Source: Promethearchaeota archaeon (GTDB lineage Archaea; Asgardarchaeota; Lokiarchaeia; Sigyniarchaeales; SOKP01). Taken from it: a stretch of DNA of 64,000 nucleotides. The stretch is from NCBI GenBank assembly GCA_019058365.1, contig JAHPZE010000003.1, forward strand, positions 1 to 64,000, given 5' to 3'. A model generated the notes under the pieces. It was not told where the DNA came from. It was given only the letters and a program-made list of their open reading frames with translations, and ran no database searches. Below, one piece after another: positions 28,630 through 39,270 of the stretch. Made by a program: the position numbers and the translations under genes. Every line of letters starts with the position of its first letter. Position 1 is the first letter of the stretch.

Positions 28630-29391
28630 TTACCAAGGAACTTCTTTTAAGCCGAGAACGTAAGCTACTGTATTCGCGATAATACTAACTGCGGGAGTCA
28701 GTATTATAAGAAATATTATGATATAGATATCGGGAAGCAAGAAGAGAGTTGGTGATATTAATCCAGGGATTGAAACAAAGAGTAATGCTACTAAAGCAAA
28801 ATCCAACTGATCTACGATCCAAAAAGGCGCTCCACTTTTAATATCAAATCTTCTTTTCAGAAAAGAACCAACTAAATCGCCTGCTACAGCACCATATGAA
28901 GCTAATATAATTCTTATAATTAAAACAAGGAAGTTGATTGGGAATTCTCCACCTATGAAGTAATATTTAAAAATTCTAATATCGCTATAAAGTATATATT
29001 GTCCTTGAGCACCCGCATCAATAATGACATCCTTTATTGGTTCCCATAAAAGAATGAAAAGAAGAAATATCAAAAAAGAGATTGGAATTCCAATGTATAA
29101 TGGGCCCTTTAATCCATTCCAAGTTTTGTGGTCGCCTAAAAGTCGCCTACCATCCCGAAATGTTCTTCCACCATCAATGGGTTTACCTCCACCGGTGATA
29201 ACCATCGAAGCATTTGAAATATATGCAGGAACAATGAATAGAAGGCTAAAAATTAATAAGGCGACCCAATCAGCCCAATTGAAGATTACAGCTATAAGTA
29301 GGAAATTTGCTAAGATTAAACATGCAAAAATAATAGCTAGAATTACAGCAATCTTTTTATGATTTTTTTCAATGTCAATTTCAGCTGGCAA
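28630..29391 (-). CDS. carS: CDP-archaeol synthase
   Basis: PAYISN, PID.G...DGRRLLGDHKTW.G, GDLVGSFLKRR, DQLDF. Confidence 0.92.
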   Translation of the reverse strand: MPAEIDIEKNHKKIAVILAIIFACLILANFLLIAVIFNWADWVALLIFSLLFIVPAYISNASMVITGGGKPIDGGRTFRDGRRLLGDHKTWNGLKGPLYIGIPISFLIFLLFILLWEPIKDVIIDAGAQGQYILYSDIRIFKYYFIGGEFPINFLVLIIRIILASYGAVAGDLVGSFLKRRFDIKSGAPFWIVDQLDFALVALLFVSIPGLISPTLFLLPDIYIIIFLIILTPAVSIIANTVAYVLGLKEVPW

Positions 29392-29670
29392 TGCTCAGTT
29401 TTATCATATTAGGTTTTTTTTTTCAAACAAAATAATTAATTAAACATATATTTAATTGAATTAAATTTTTTTTAATTGAAAAATCTATTAATAAGAAATT
29501 AATAAATGTTGCTTCATAAATAATATTCTTTTAAAATACCGACAATAATATTATATATTATTAAAAAGATTCATCAAAATTAGCTATTAAAGCTTTAACA
29601 TTTTTCTACTAAACTAAAGATTAATAAATAATTTTAAATATGCAATTGAAATATTGAATATATCTTTAAA

Positions 29671-29684
29671 TTTCGAGTGGAAAC
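29671..29684 (+). promoter_or_regulatory. ORB-like Orc1/Cdc6 binding site
   Basis: TTTCGAGTGGAAAC resembles the ORB core TTCCAGTGGAAAC; lies in the AT-rich intergenic region just upstream of cdc6. Confidence 0.5.
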
Positions 29685-29720
29685 ATTTTTTACTGCAATA
29701 ATGAAGCAATGGTGTTATAA

Positions 29721-31028
29721 TTGTTGAAAAATCATAATAATAATATTCAATTCAATATCGATAAATTCTACAAAAACTATCTTAGTGGTCCAAGAATTTT
29801 TAAAAATAGAGATGCGTTGGAATCATCATATATTCCAAGAGAATTACCTCATCGTGATACTCAGATAAAAAATATTGCAGAAAAGACTGCTTGTGCTTTA
29901 TTAGGTGATACCCCTCCAAATTTCTTATGTTATGGAATGACAGGAACGGGGAAAACAGCAACTATAAGGTATGTAAGTCAAAAGTTGGCGCAACAGAACT
30001 CAAAAATTAAACCATGGTGGATTTATATTAATTGTAATATAGTATCAACACCCTATCGTATTTTGGCTCACATTTACAACACTATTTCAAGAAGGGAGAA
30101 GATTCCACCTACTGGACTTCCAAAAGATATAATTTTTAAAAAATTGCTTGGATTATTAGATTCAAGGGTTGGTAATTCAATTTGCTTTTTGGTTCTTGAT
30201 GAAATTGATATTTTGGTCGATAAGAAAGGTGGAAATGAAATTTTATATGATTTAACAAGATTAAATGAAAACTTAGATAATAGTAAAACGAGTATTATTG
30301 GAATATCGAATAAATTGAAATTCAGAGAGAATTTGGATCCTCGAATAATATCGAGTTTAGGTGAGGAACATATTGTCTTTCCATCTTATGACGCAAGTGA
30401 GTTGAGAGATATCTTAATTGAGAGAGCTAAAATAACTTTTCAGGAGGGTGTTTTAAAGGAAGAGGTTATTCCCTTATGTGCTGCTCTCGCTGCAAAAGAA
30501 AATGGAGATGCTAGAAAAGCATTACAATTATTAAGGAAGGCAGGTGAATTAGCTGAAAGAGATCAAAATAAAATTGTTACAGCTAAGCATGTAGAAAAAG
30601 CTCAAGGAGATTTAGAAAATGATCACATTATGGAGTACATAAAAGGTATACCACTCCAAGCTCAATTGATTATAGCATCTATTTATTTAATTTCAAGATT
30701 TAGTCCAGACTATGTTATTATTTCTGGAGATATTTATGATGTTCACTCAGAAATTAGAGGGTTGATACCAGGAGTTAGACAATTAACAAAAAGGAGAATT
30801 AGTGATTATATTAATGAGTTATCATTAACAGGTATAATATCTGCAGAGGTTAAATCTATGGGACATTATGGAAGAACCAAAATAATTAAATTTGATATTG
30901 GTATGGAACTTATAGAAAAGGTATTGTCAGAGATTGACAAAATTCAAGGTATTATGAATTATAAACCCATTTTTTTACAAAATGATAAAGTTAAATTAAA
31001 AAATAACATATTTAAAAAGCTTATTTAA
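29721..31028 (+). CDS. cdc6: Orc1/Cdc6 replication initiator
   Basis: LPHR, G.TGTGKT, YINC, LDEID, GDAR.A, C-terminal wHTH with GRT. Confidence 0.95.
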   Translation: MLKNHNNNIQFNIDKFYKNYLSGPRIFKNRDALESSYIPRELPHRDTQIKNIAEKTACALLGDTPPNFLCYGMTGTGKTATIRYVSQKLAQQNSKIKPWWIYINCNIVSTPYRILAHIYNTISRREKIPPTGLPKDIIFKKLLGLLDSRVGNSICFLVLDEIDILVDKKGGNEILYDLTRLNENLDNSKTSIIGISNKLKFRENLDPRIISSLGEEHIVFPSYDASELRDILIERAKITFQEGVLKEEVIPLCAALAAKENGDARKALQLLRKAGELAERDQNKIVTAKHVEKAQGDLENDHIMEYIKGIPLQAQLIIASIYLISRFSPDYVIISGDIYDVHSEIRGLIPGVRQLTKRRISDYINELSLTGIISAEVKSMGHYGRTKIIKFDIGMELIEKVLSEIDKIQGIMNYKPIFLQNDKVKLKNNIFKKLI

Positions 31029-31726
31029 GTAGTAAATTCCCATTTATCTATTTCTTCAGCTAACTCATTTAGAAAAAATTCAGCAGAACTATTGTTCTTT
31101 TCCTTTAATAATAAGAAAAGTTTAGTTATATGTTTACAAAACTTCTTATTTTCCGCCCTCCTTTCCTCGAAATCATGGCAATTGTGATGTAATATTTTTT
31201 TATTAATATCTATTTCTATAATATAAGATTCTTCTTTTGTACCTGCAACTTTTGACTTGATAAGTCCTTTTGAGCGATCATATTCTAATAATTCAAAAGC
31301 AGCATCAGAAATGGTTACAGACCTGTTTAAAGTTCCTTTATCAACAAACGCATTGAATAAAATACTGAATTTAGACGAATCTTTTTTATAAATATCTTTT
31401 TTTAAATGTGTAATTTTTAAATAAGATTTAATCTTTTCTAAAACTACATTTTTTCTTTCTTTATGCCAATTTTGTAATTGCTCATTCAATGTTTTTGATA
31501 ATTTTAAACGTTGATTATTATCTTTGATGATGAGATTATTATTAATCGAGGCATTAATGAAGTTTCTAGCTTTATCTGGAGGAAATAGAAATAACTCAAA
31601 TGATATTTTATAAAGTAAATCATTGTAAGAAATATATGGGAGATCAATTATTTTCCAAATGTATAATACCATTTCTGAAGTTTTATTACGAGGAATCGAG
31701 AAATTCATGATCTTAAAATTATTCAA
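31025..31726 (-). CDS. SWIM zinc-finger protein
   Basis: HNCHDF.....FCKH motif. Confidence 0.7.
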   Translation of the reverse strand: MNNFKIMNFSIPRNKTSEMVLYIWKIIDLPYISYNDLLYKISFELFLFPPDKARNFINASINNNLIIKDNNQRLKLSKTLNEQLQNWHKERKNVVLEKIKSYLKITHLKKDIYKKDSSKFSILFNAFVDKGTLNRSVTISDAAFELLEYDRSKGLIKSKVAGTKEESYIIEIDINKKILHHNCHDFEERRAENKKFCKHITKLFLLLKEKNNSSAEFFLNELAEEIDKWEFTT

Positions 31727-31799
31727 ACCAATATTTTATAATTATTATAAATTTAACTCATTATAACTATTCTGATTTTTCTTTTTGAAATAAAAACTA

Positions 31800-33590
31800 T
31801 TAATTTAGGTGAAGATCTAATTGTGTTCCTTTTAGAGTATCTAATTCAATAATGGATAAAATACCCGGAGTAGGATGTATTCCTAAAGAATTCATAAAAT
31901 CTGTTTGACTTTGAAAACAACCAGAATTAACTAATGCAATATTATTATAATAATCCATTCCATTAATATGAATATGTCCTGTGTGAAAAATATCTGGAAT
32001 ATCATCAATTACAAGCCAATCTTTATTTGTGGGTGCTATTTGAGTTTTCTTTCCATATATTGGAGCTAAATGTCTGCATATCAAGAGTTCTTTCATTGTT
32101 TCTACTGGGTTATTGTTTTCTAAACCTGGTATCAACATATTTAAATCAAGAATACTGTCACCATGAAAAATTAATGAATTTACATTGTGCGTTTGAATAA
32201 GTGAAGGATTCCCTATACAAATAACACCGCTATTTATAAGTTCTGCTGAATATTTCTTTGGTACAGCGGGTCTAGGAATTGCATTCCTTACTGGTTCATG
32301 GTTTCCTGAGCTATAGAAAATTTTTATATAATCTGGAATGTTTGAAAGCATTTCTGTGGCTTTTTTAAATTGGTTATAGATATCAGGTATGTTAAGATCA
32401 TCCTTTTGGGTAGGATATACACCAATACCATCAACGAGATCGCCATTTATTATAATATATTTAATTCTTCCAGCTTGTTCTCTTTGATTCTTATTTCCTA
32501 TTTTCCCATTTAAGAAATCTATAAACCTATTCCATAATTTTTCTTCAAATTCTTTACTACCGATGTGAGTATCAGAAATCAAAACAATCGATAAAGGATC
32601 TGGCGATTTATTTGGTAAATAATTCTTGGGAATATCAATTTTTGATATATAAGTGCAATATATTATCCCACTTTTACCTCTTTCTCCTGGATTGTAAGTA
32701 CCCTCTATATAAATCATTTGATCGTTAATTGTTCTTTCCGCTATTTTTATATTATCTTGGTTTTCTGAATCTTTACGGATTATAATATTAATAAAATTAG
32801 TTTGATCTTCCAATGTTAAAAAAAAATTTCCATTTTTAGTCTTCCGAATTTGATTAACCATTCCTATTGCAGAAACTTCTACTCTATTAGTTAATCTTAA
32901 AATATTGTTAATATTATTAGCTGAAAGTACTTCTGGTCTCTTTTTAATTAAACTCCTAAGTTTATTGAATTTATCTAAAGTTAAATTGTAAAAATCTTCA
33001 TAATCTCCATTTGTATAGAGTTTTCCAGTAGGATCTTTTAAAATTTCATATTGAAAGTCAAAATTTTTTGCTATTGGCTTAAATCCTACCGTTGATTTCG
33101 AACTTCCAAAAGGAGAAACTTTTTGGTTATTCTTCTTTGAGATTTTAAGTGGATTATTATCAAGATTATTTAAGATTAGGGGATTCTCATTAATTTCTAA
33201 TTGATTTTTAAGGTGATCTGCATATTCAGATTTTTCATGAGTTTTTATTTTGATTTTTTCAGTTTCTATTATACTTAGTGAACTTGACAACTCAGTTTTG
33301 TCATTCTCTCCTAATTGTTTGTCTTGAATAGCTACTGAACTTATTTCTTTTAACATGACTGTCTTTAATGACTTGCTTAGTTCCTCGTTTGAAATTTTCT
33401 TTAAAATATCTTTTGTTAAATGACCCTCAAAATTAGGGAGAAAACTAACATTTTTAATAATTAATTTAACTTTTTTTAAGGGTTCCTCTAAATTTATAAG
33501 AAGATCTAGAATTGAAGGTGTTATATTGATGCCAGAATTGACCAAATCTTTGATAATGACTTTTTTTTCACTTATATTATCGGTTTTCAA
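31800..33590 (-). CDS. polB: DNA polymerase D small (proofreading) subunit DP1
   Basis: OB fold; SDTHIGS, GDLVDGIGVYP, GNHE, RHLAP.YG, HTGH.H. Confidence 0.95.
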   Translation of the reverse strand: MKTDNISEKKVIIKDLVNSGINITPSILDLLINLEEPLKKVKLIIKNVSFLPNFEGHLTKDILKKISNEELSKSLKTVMLKEISSVAIQDKQLGENDKTELSSSLSIIETEKIKIKTHEKSEYADHLKNQLEINENPLILNNLDNNPLKISKKNNQKVSPFGSSKSTVGFKPIAKNFDFQYEILKDPTGKLYTNGDYEDFYNLTLDKFNKLRSLIKKRPEVLSANNINNILRLTNRVEVSAIGMVNQIRKTKNGNFFLTLEDQTNFINIIIRKDSENQDNIKIAERTINDQMIYIEGTYNPGERGKSGIIYCTYISKIDIPKNYLPNKSPDPLSIVLISDTHIGSKEFEEKLWNRFIDFLNGKIGNKNQREQAGRIKYIIINGDLVDGIGVYPTQKDDLNIPDIYNQFKKATEMLSNIPDYIKIFYSSGNHEPVRNAIPRPAVPKKYSAELINSGVICIGNPSLIQTHNVNSLIFHGDSILDLNMLIPGLENNNPVETMKELLICRHLAPIYGKKTQIAPTNKDWLVIDDIPDIFHTGHIHINGMDYYNNIALVNSGCFQSQTDFMNSLGIHPTPGILSIIELDTLKGTQLDLHLN

Positions 33591-33830
33591 TATTCTACTA
33601 TCTAAAATGGAATTATAATAATAATTGAGGAAAATAAATAAATTATTTATTATTAAAGGAAAAACATCTTTATTTTTATAAGGGAAGAGTGTAGAAAATT
33701 AGCATTCTCTATAATTTTATAAATGAAATAGCTGATTAATAAATGAATTTAATTTAATTCATAAAAATAAGAATATTAATTCTAAGTTTTATTAAATTAG
33801 TTTTTCTCAATTTTAAAAATAGGTTAGTTT

Positions 33831-36800
33831 ATGCCAGACATGAGTAGAGCTATGGAATTATATTTTAATCAAATTCAAAAGCAAGTCAATGAATGTTATT
33901 CAATTGCTGAGCAAGCACGGCAAAAAGGTTTAGATCCTGAATTAGAAGTGGAATCCCCTCAGGCAAAAGATTTAGCTGGACGAGTAGAAAAACTTGTAGG
34001 GCCCGTGGGTGTTGCAGAGGTAATACGGGAGTTAAAAATAAAAGGATTGACTGAGGATGAACTTGTCTTTAAAGTAGTTGCTGATATTTTAGATGAAAAA
34101 ATTGGAAAGATTGCATCTTTAGAGGCCCGTGTGGATAGAGCAATAAGAGTAGGATTAGCTATTAAAACAATGGGTGTTGTAAGTGCTCCCCTGGAAGGAA
34201 TTTCTAAAATTTTAATTCGAAAAGATAATTTTGGCAGAAAATATCTATCTCTCTACTTTGCAGGCCCAATTCGGGCTGCAGGGGGGACAACCGCTGCACT
34301 TTGCGTATTAATTGCTGATTATGTAAGAAGAAAATCAAAAATTCCAAAATATGAAGCATCTGAAGCTGAAATTGGTAGATATGTTGAGGAGGTTAAATTA
34401 TATGACAGAATAGTACATTTACAATATCCTTCATCTAACCAAGAAATTCGATATGCTGTGAATCGATTGCCAGTAGAAATAAATGGTGATTCAACTGAAG
34501 ACGAAGAAGTGTCAGCATTCAGAGATCTACCTAGGATTGAAACAAATAATGTTAGAGGTGGTGCTTGTTTAGTTTTAAACGATGGTATTCTTCTTAAAGC
34601 ACCAAAATTACTAAAGATTGCTAAGGCTATGAAATTAGAAGGTTGGGACTGGCTTGAGGAATTAAAGAAAATTGCTCAGAAGCAAGATAATCAGGAGAAA
34701 GAAGAAAAAAGTGAGAAAAAAAACAATGTAAAAATCACCCCAAATTCGAAATTTGTTGCTGATATTATTGCTGGACGCCCAGTTTTCAGTCATCCTTCAG
34801 AAGTAGGTGGTCATAGAATAAGATATGGGCGTTCTAGAAATACGGGACTCGCCGCAGGAGGGATGCATCCGGCCACAATGGCTGTTTTAGATGATTTTGT
34901 AGCAATTGGAACACAATTGAGAATTGAACGTCCGGGAAAAAGCGCAAGTATATGTCCCGTGGATGGCATTGAACCACCAATTGTAAAACTGCAAAATGGT
35001 GATGTAATAAAAGTTTCAAGCATCAATAAAGCTAAACAGATTTTTTCTGAAATTAAAAAAGTGCTATTTATTGGCGATATATTGTTTGGATATGGTGAAT
35101 TTACTGAAAACAACCATCTATTAGTGCCCTCTGGATATGTAGAAGAGTGGTGGGCATTAGAATTAGAAAAATCTATTATTAACCTAGAAAAATGTGATAA
35201 GCAGCTACAAGCATTTATTAATAATCCTTTTACAAATATTCCTACAGCAGAAGAAGCAATTCAAATTTCAAAAAGATTTGATATTCCCTTACATCCTTCA
35301 TATTTGGATTTCTGGGGGAATATTACATTAGAAGAATTGGATTTATTACGAACTACGTTAATTAAGAGTTTCTCTAAATCTGAACGAAATATCAAGTTAA
35401 ATTATGAGAAATCGATAAAAAAGATTTTGGAAAAAGCATTTGTACTTCATAGAATAAAAGATAATAAAATAGTATTTAATAAAACAATGAGTCTCATTTA
35501 TAAAACAATTTTTAACTTAGAAGATGAAAAACTCATAAAAATTGAAAAGAATGATGATGTTTTCAATTATTTTTATAAGATTTCTTCACTCAAAATAAAA
35601 AATAAAGCACCATATTATATAGGCTCACGTATGGGAAGACCAGAAAAATCAGAAAGAAAAAGCATGAAAGGAGTTCATACATTATTTCCTTTAAGTGATG
35701 TTGTTGGTAGTTCGAGATTACTTGAAAAAGCCATAGGACATAATATTAAAAAAAGAAATGAAAATGAATTTGGATCTAAAAAAAGGAAGTCTATCGATTT
35801 TGGAAATAAAAATAACGTTGTAGAAACTGGTAAAGTCAGAATCGATGTATGTAGAAAAAAGTGTATGAATTGTGGGAAGTCGAGCATCTTTAATATTTGT
35901 CCGGTTTGTGGCACTCATACCGAAGTACAAAAAATCTGTCCACGATGCAAATTATTATATCCAACATTTGAGGAAAAATGCTCTAAGTGTCATGAAACTC
36001 TGAAAACCTCAAGTGAAGCTAAATTTAACATGAAAAAGTATGTAAACTCAGTATTAAAATCACTTAATATGCAATTACCTAAGAAAATAAAAGGTATTAT
36101 TGGATTAAGTAATGAATATAAAGTTCCAGAACCACTTGAAAAAGGAATTTTAAGAGCAAAAAATAATGTTTTAGTCTATAAAACAGCTGAGATAAGATAT
36201 GATGCCACAGATATACCATTAACTCATTTCAAGCCAAATGAAATTGGTACATCAATAAATTTATTAAAAAAATTAGGATATGAGACTGATTATTATAAAG
36301 ATCCTCTCAATAATGAAAATCAGGTTTTAGAATTGAAAGTTCAAGATGTCATTTTGTCTGATGACTGTGCTAAATACTTTATAAAGGTAGCTAAGTTCTT
36401 AGATGAAGAATTAGAGTTGTTTTATAAACTAAAGTGCTTTTATAATGTGTCTGTTAAAGAAGATTTAATAGGTCATTTAGTTGTGGGTTTAGCTCCTCAC
36501 ACGAGTGCCGGAATTATAGGAAGAATAATTGGTTTTACCCCAGCTCGATCAATCTATGCCCATCCTTATTGGCATGCCGCAAAGAGAAGAAATTGTGATG
36601 GAGATGAAGATGGGCTTATGCTACTTTTAGATCCTTTATTAAATTTTTCCAGACATTATCTCCCAAGTAAAATAGGAGGTCGGATGGACGCAACTCTAGT
36701 AATTGGTACAAAGATTGACCCTAATGAAATTGATGTGGAAGCGCTTAATATAGATACATTATTTAAATATCCTTTAGAATTTTATGAAGCAACTGAACGA

Positions 36801-37352
36801 TATTGTTCACCATCAGAAATAGAACCAATAATGAACCTAGTTAAAAATAATTTAGGTACAGAAGAACAGTATGAAAATATTGGCTATAATATTCCAACCG
36901 ATGATATTAATGAAGGTCCTAAAACTACGGCATACAAATTATATGAAACTATGGATGATAAGATTGAAGCTCAACTACAACTTGCAAACATCATCAAACC
37001 TGTTAATGCAAAGAAAGTAGCCGAGAAAATATTAATTACTCATTTCAATCCAGATATTCTTGGTAATTTAAGAAAATTTTCTGTTCAAAATTTTCGTTGC
37101 GTTAAATGCAATGAAAAATACAGGCGTCCTCCCTTATCAAACGGCGGTAAATGCCCTAAATGCGGAAACAGAATAATATTGACAGTAAATCGTGGGGGTA
37201 TTGAAAAATATATTCCTCGAGCCTTAAATTTAGTTAAAATATTTAATTTAGATAATTATACAAAACAAAGGATGGAATTAATTGAGGAATACGTAGAAAG
37301 TTTAACGAATAATCCAAAAATTAAACAACATAAGCTATCTGACTTTTTTTAA
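33831..37352 (+). CDS. polC: DNA polymerase D large subunit DP2
   Basis: AGPIRAAGGT, RYGRSRNTG, RMGRPEK, AKRRNCDGDED; no intein. Confidence 0.97.
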   Translation: MPDMSRAMELYFNQIQKQVNECYSIAEQARQKGLDPELEVESPQAKDLAGRVEKLVGPVGVAEVIRELKIKGLTEDELVFKVVADILDEKIGKIASLEARVDRAIRVGLAIKTMGVVSAPLEGISKILIRKDNFGRKYLSLYFAGPIRAAGGTTAALCVLIADYVRRKSKIPKYEASEAEIGRYVEEVKLYDRIVHLQYPSSNQEIRYAVNRLPVEINGDSTEDEEVSAFRDLPRIETNNVRGGACLVLNDGILLKAPKLLKIAKAMKLEGWDWLEELKKIAQKQDNQEKEEKSEKKNNVKITPNSKFVADIIAGRPVFSHPSEVGGHRIRYGRSRNTGLAAGGMHPATMAVLDDFVAIGTQLRIERPGKSASICPVDGIEPPIVKLQNGDVIKVSSINKAKQIFSEIKKVLFIGDILFGYGEFTENNHLLVPSGYVEEWWALELEKSIINLEKCDKQLQAFINNPFTNIPTAEEAIQISKRFDIPLHPSYLDFWGNITLEELDLLRTTLIKSFSKSERNIKLNYEKSIKKILEKAFVLHRIKDNKIVFNKTMSLIYKTIFNLEDEKLIKIEKNDDVFNYFYKISSLKIKNKAPYYIGSRMGRPEKSERKSMKGVHTLFPLSDVVGSSRLLEKAIGHNIKKRNENEFGSKKRKSIDFGNKNNVVETGKVRIDVCRKKCMNCGKSSIFNICPVCGTHTEVQKICPRCKLLYPTFEEKCSKCHETLKTSSEAKFNMKKYVNSVLKSLNMQLPKKIKGIIGLSNEYKVPEPLEKGILRAKNNVLVYKTAEIRYDATDIPLTHFKPNEIGTSINLLKKLGYETDYYKDPLNNENQVLELKVQDVILSDDCAKYFIKVAKFLDEELELFYKLKCFYNVSVKEDLIGHLVVGLAPHTSAGIIGRIIGFTPARSIYAHPYWHAAKRRNCDGDEDGLMLLLDPLLNFSRHYLPSKIGGRMDATLVIGTKIDPNEIDVEALNIDTLFKYPLEFYEATERYCSPSEIEPIMNLVKNNLGTEEQYENIGYNIPTDDINEGPKTTAYKLYETMDDKIEAQLQLANIIKPVNAKKVAEKILITHFNPDILGNLRKFSVQNFRCVKCNEKYRRPPLSNGGKCPKCGNRIILTVNRGGIEKYIPRALNLVKIFNLDNYTKQRMELIEEYVESLTNNPKIKQHKLSDFF

Positions 37353-38550
37353 CATCCTCTATCCTTAAATCAATGCTTCTTAATGCTTGATGACATATAT
37401 TTAAACATCCATTTAGATTTTCTAAAGAACATTTGTCAGGTGTATCTTTTAACGAATGAATATATTTTGAATCCTTACTTGAATGAAAGCACATTACTTG
37501 AAATTTACTCCTCACTTTTCTAGCATATTTCCTGAAGGATTTATAGTCACTATTGGGTTTAAGAGTTTTGTTATAAATTTGTAGGGGAATATTCAATTGC
37601 TTTGCTGTTGCCCTAAAAATTTCATTTAAATTTCGATTTATTTTTTTTCTAAATAATCCTGATCTATTTAAAAGCCCTATATAACTGCCAATCATATCAA
37701 TATTAATATTAAAGGATTTATCAAGATCATATGTCTGGTTAAGACTGTTAAAATGTGTTTTGCAGAACTTTTTTGATCCCTTTAAACCCCATTCTTCAGC
37801 TCCAGGCCATAAAATCAGAATATCTGTTCTTTCAAGGGGATTTTTTTTGAAAACCTTTGCCAATTCAATTGATATAGCAACTCCACTTGCATTATCGATT
37901 GATCCTGACGACGGATGGTCTTTAAATACTAAATACAACATGGGGATTGAAATAAATATCGCAATAATTGAAGTAAAAGCTATGGTAGTTACAATAAAAT
38001 TAGAGAGAGAGATAAATGCTAAAATATTGAGAAAAAATATTGTTATAAAAACGAAAAAGATTATACCATAAAAAAAAACTATCAATCTATAAATGAAAAA
38101 GATAATAACTTGCAACTTAAAAGGGATATTTGCAGAAATGGAGTCATAATGAGCAGATATTATTACCAATGGTCGATTAGGTGCTTTTTCTTTAGCGGAA
38201 ATTAACGTAAATATGTTTTTTGATTTCTCTGCTTTTATGAATGAAATATTACGTAGGGTTTCAAACATGTTTTTTATAATGAAATAAGCTATGACAATTA
38301 AGATCATACGGAAAAGTATTAAATTGATAAGTATAAGAATGTAACTCACCCTCATAAGTATCTTGAGTGGGCCTGTCCAATCAAAATGTTCAATTTCCGG
38401 TTTAAGATTATTCTGTTTTAACTCTTTTGCTATATAATTTAATGCTTCGGTCTCTCCTGTAGATGAAGCTGTTCGGTTAAAAGCTAAAGAATATATGTGC
38501 TCCATCGTTTTCGGCTCATTATTTAATTGCAAACTTGAAATCAAAATCAC
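37321..38550 (-). CDS. Membrane-embedded M28 peptidase
   Basis: SAHYDS, DNASG, GAEEWGL.GS, NIDM, HS..D. Confidence 0.85.
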   Translation of the reverse strand: MILISSLQLNNEPKTMEHIYSLAFNRTASSTGETEALNYIAKELKQNNLKPEIEHFDWTGPLKILMRVSYILILINLILFRMILIVIAYFIIKNMFETLRNISFIKAEKSKNIFTLISAKEKAPNRPLVIISAHYDSISANIPFKLQVIIFFIYRLIVFFYGIIFFVFITIFFLNILAFISLSNFIVTTIAFTSIIAIFISIPMLYLVFKDHPSSGSIDNASGVAISIELAKVFKKNPLERTDILILWPGAEEWGLKGSKKFCKTHFNSLNQTYDLDKSFNINIDMIGSYIGLLNRSGLFRKKINRNLNEIFRATAKQLNIPLQIYNKTLKPNSDYKSFRKYARKVRSKFQVMCFHSSKDSKYIHSLKDTPDKCSLENLNGCLNICHQALRSIDLRIEDVKKSQIAYVV

Positions 38551-38790
38551 TTATACAATATGTTATTTATTATTATAATTTATTAATTAGGAGAAATGAT
38601 CTCAATTTAAATGCTCTTAGTATAGAAATCAAATATATCATAATATTAAGTTAAATAATATAAGTCTTTAAAATTTAAATTGATTTATCCACGGTTTAAT
38701 TCAATAAGTATTATTATAAAAATTTAGATTTTTCAATGTTTTTCTTTCCATACTTCTACAGATTCAATTCTATTATTTAGAAATATAATG

Positions 38791-38933
38791 TGCAGGAGGT
38801 GGGATTCGAACCCACGAATTTAGGTCGAGGAGATATTTCCTTCGAAGACCTATGTCACTAGAGCCTCAGTAACGCCATAAAAGCACAAAAGTGTAATATT
38901 CTAGCGCCGTAGACCAGGCTTGGCAACTCCTGC
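38791..38933 (-). tRNA. tRNA-Leu(GAG) with two introns: 38900-38871 (position 30/31) and 38846-38819 (variable arm)
   Basis: Acceptor GCAGGAG/CTCCTGC; T-arm GTGGG-TTCGAAT-CCCAC; anticodon arm CTAGA-CTGAGGC-TCTAG after splicing; BHB helices CGCU/GGCG and UAGG/CCUA; 85-nt mature tRNA. Confidence 0.85.
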
Positions 38934-39270
38934 GAGGATAAAATTTTCTTTTTGTTAGTATATTTCTTGTTGGGGACTTGATCATAGATAATGAATTTAA
39001 TTTTTAATATTTTATTCCCCTATTATCTTTAATTAATAAATCAAAATAAAAAATAAGAGAGTAATTTCCAATCCTCAAAGCAAAATGATATTAGATCTTA
39101 CTTTAAACTGAATTAATGATAGGTACATTTTATTTTTATAAACCATAATTCTAAATTCTTTGAATTTTATCGTATTCTATAAATTTTAATAACAAATCTA
39201 TTATATTAAATAATATATTTTAGTTTATTTATAATAAATTTGAAACCAAAGTATAAAGGATATCGGATTC

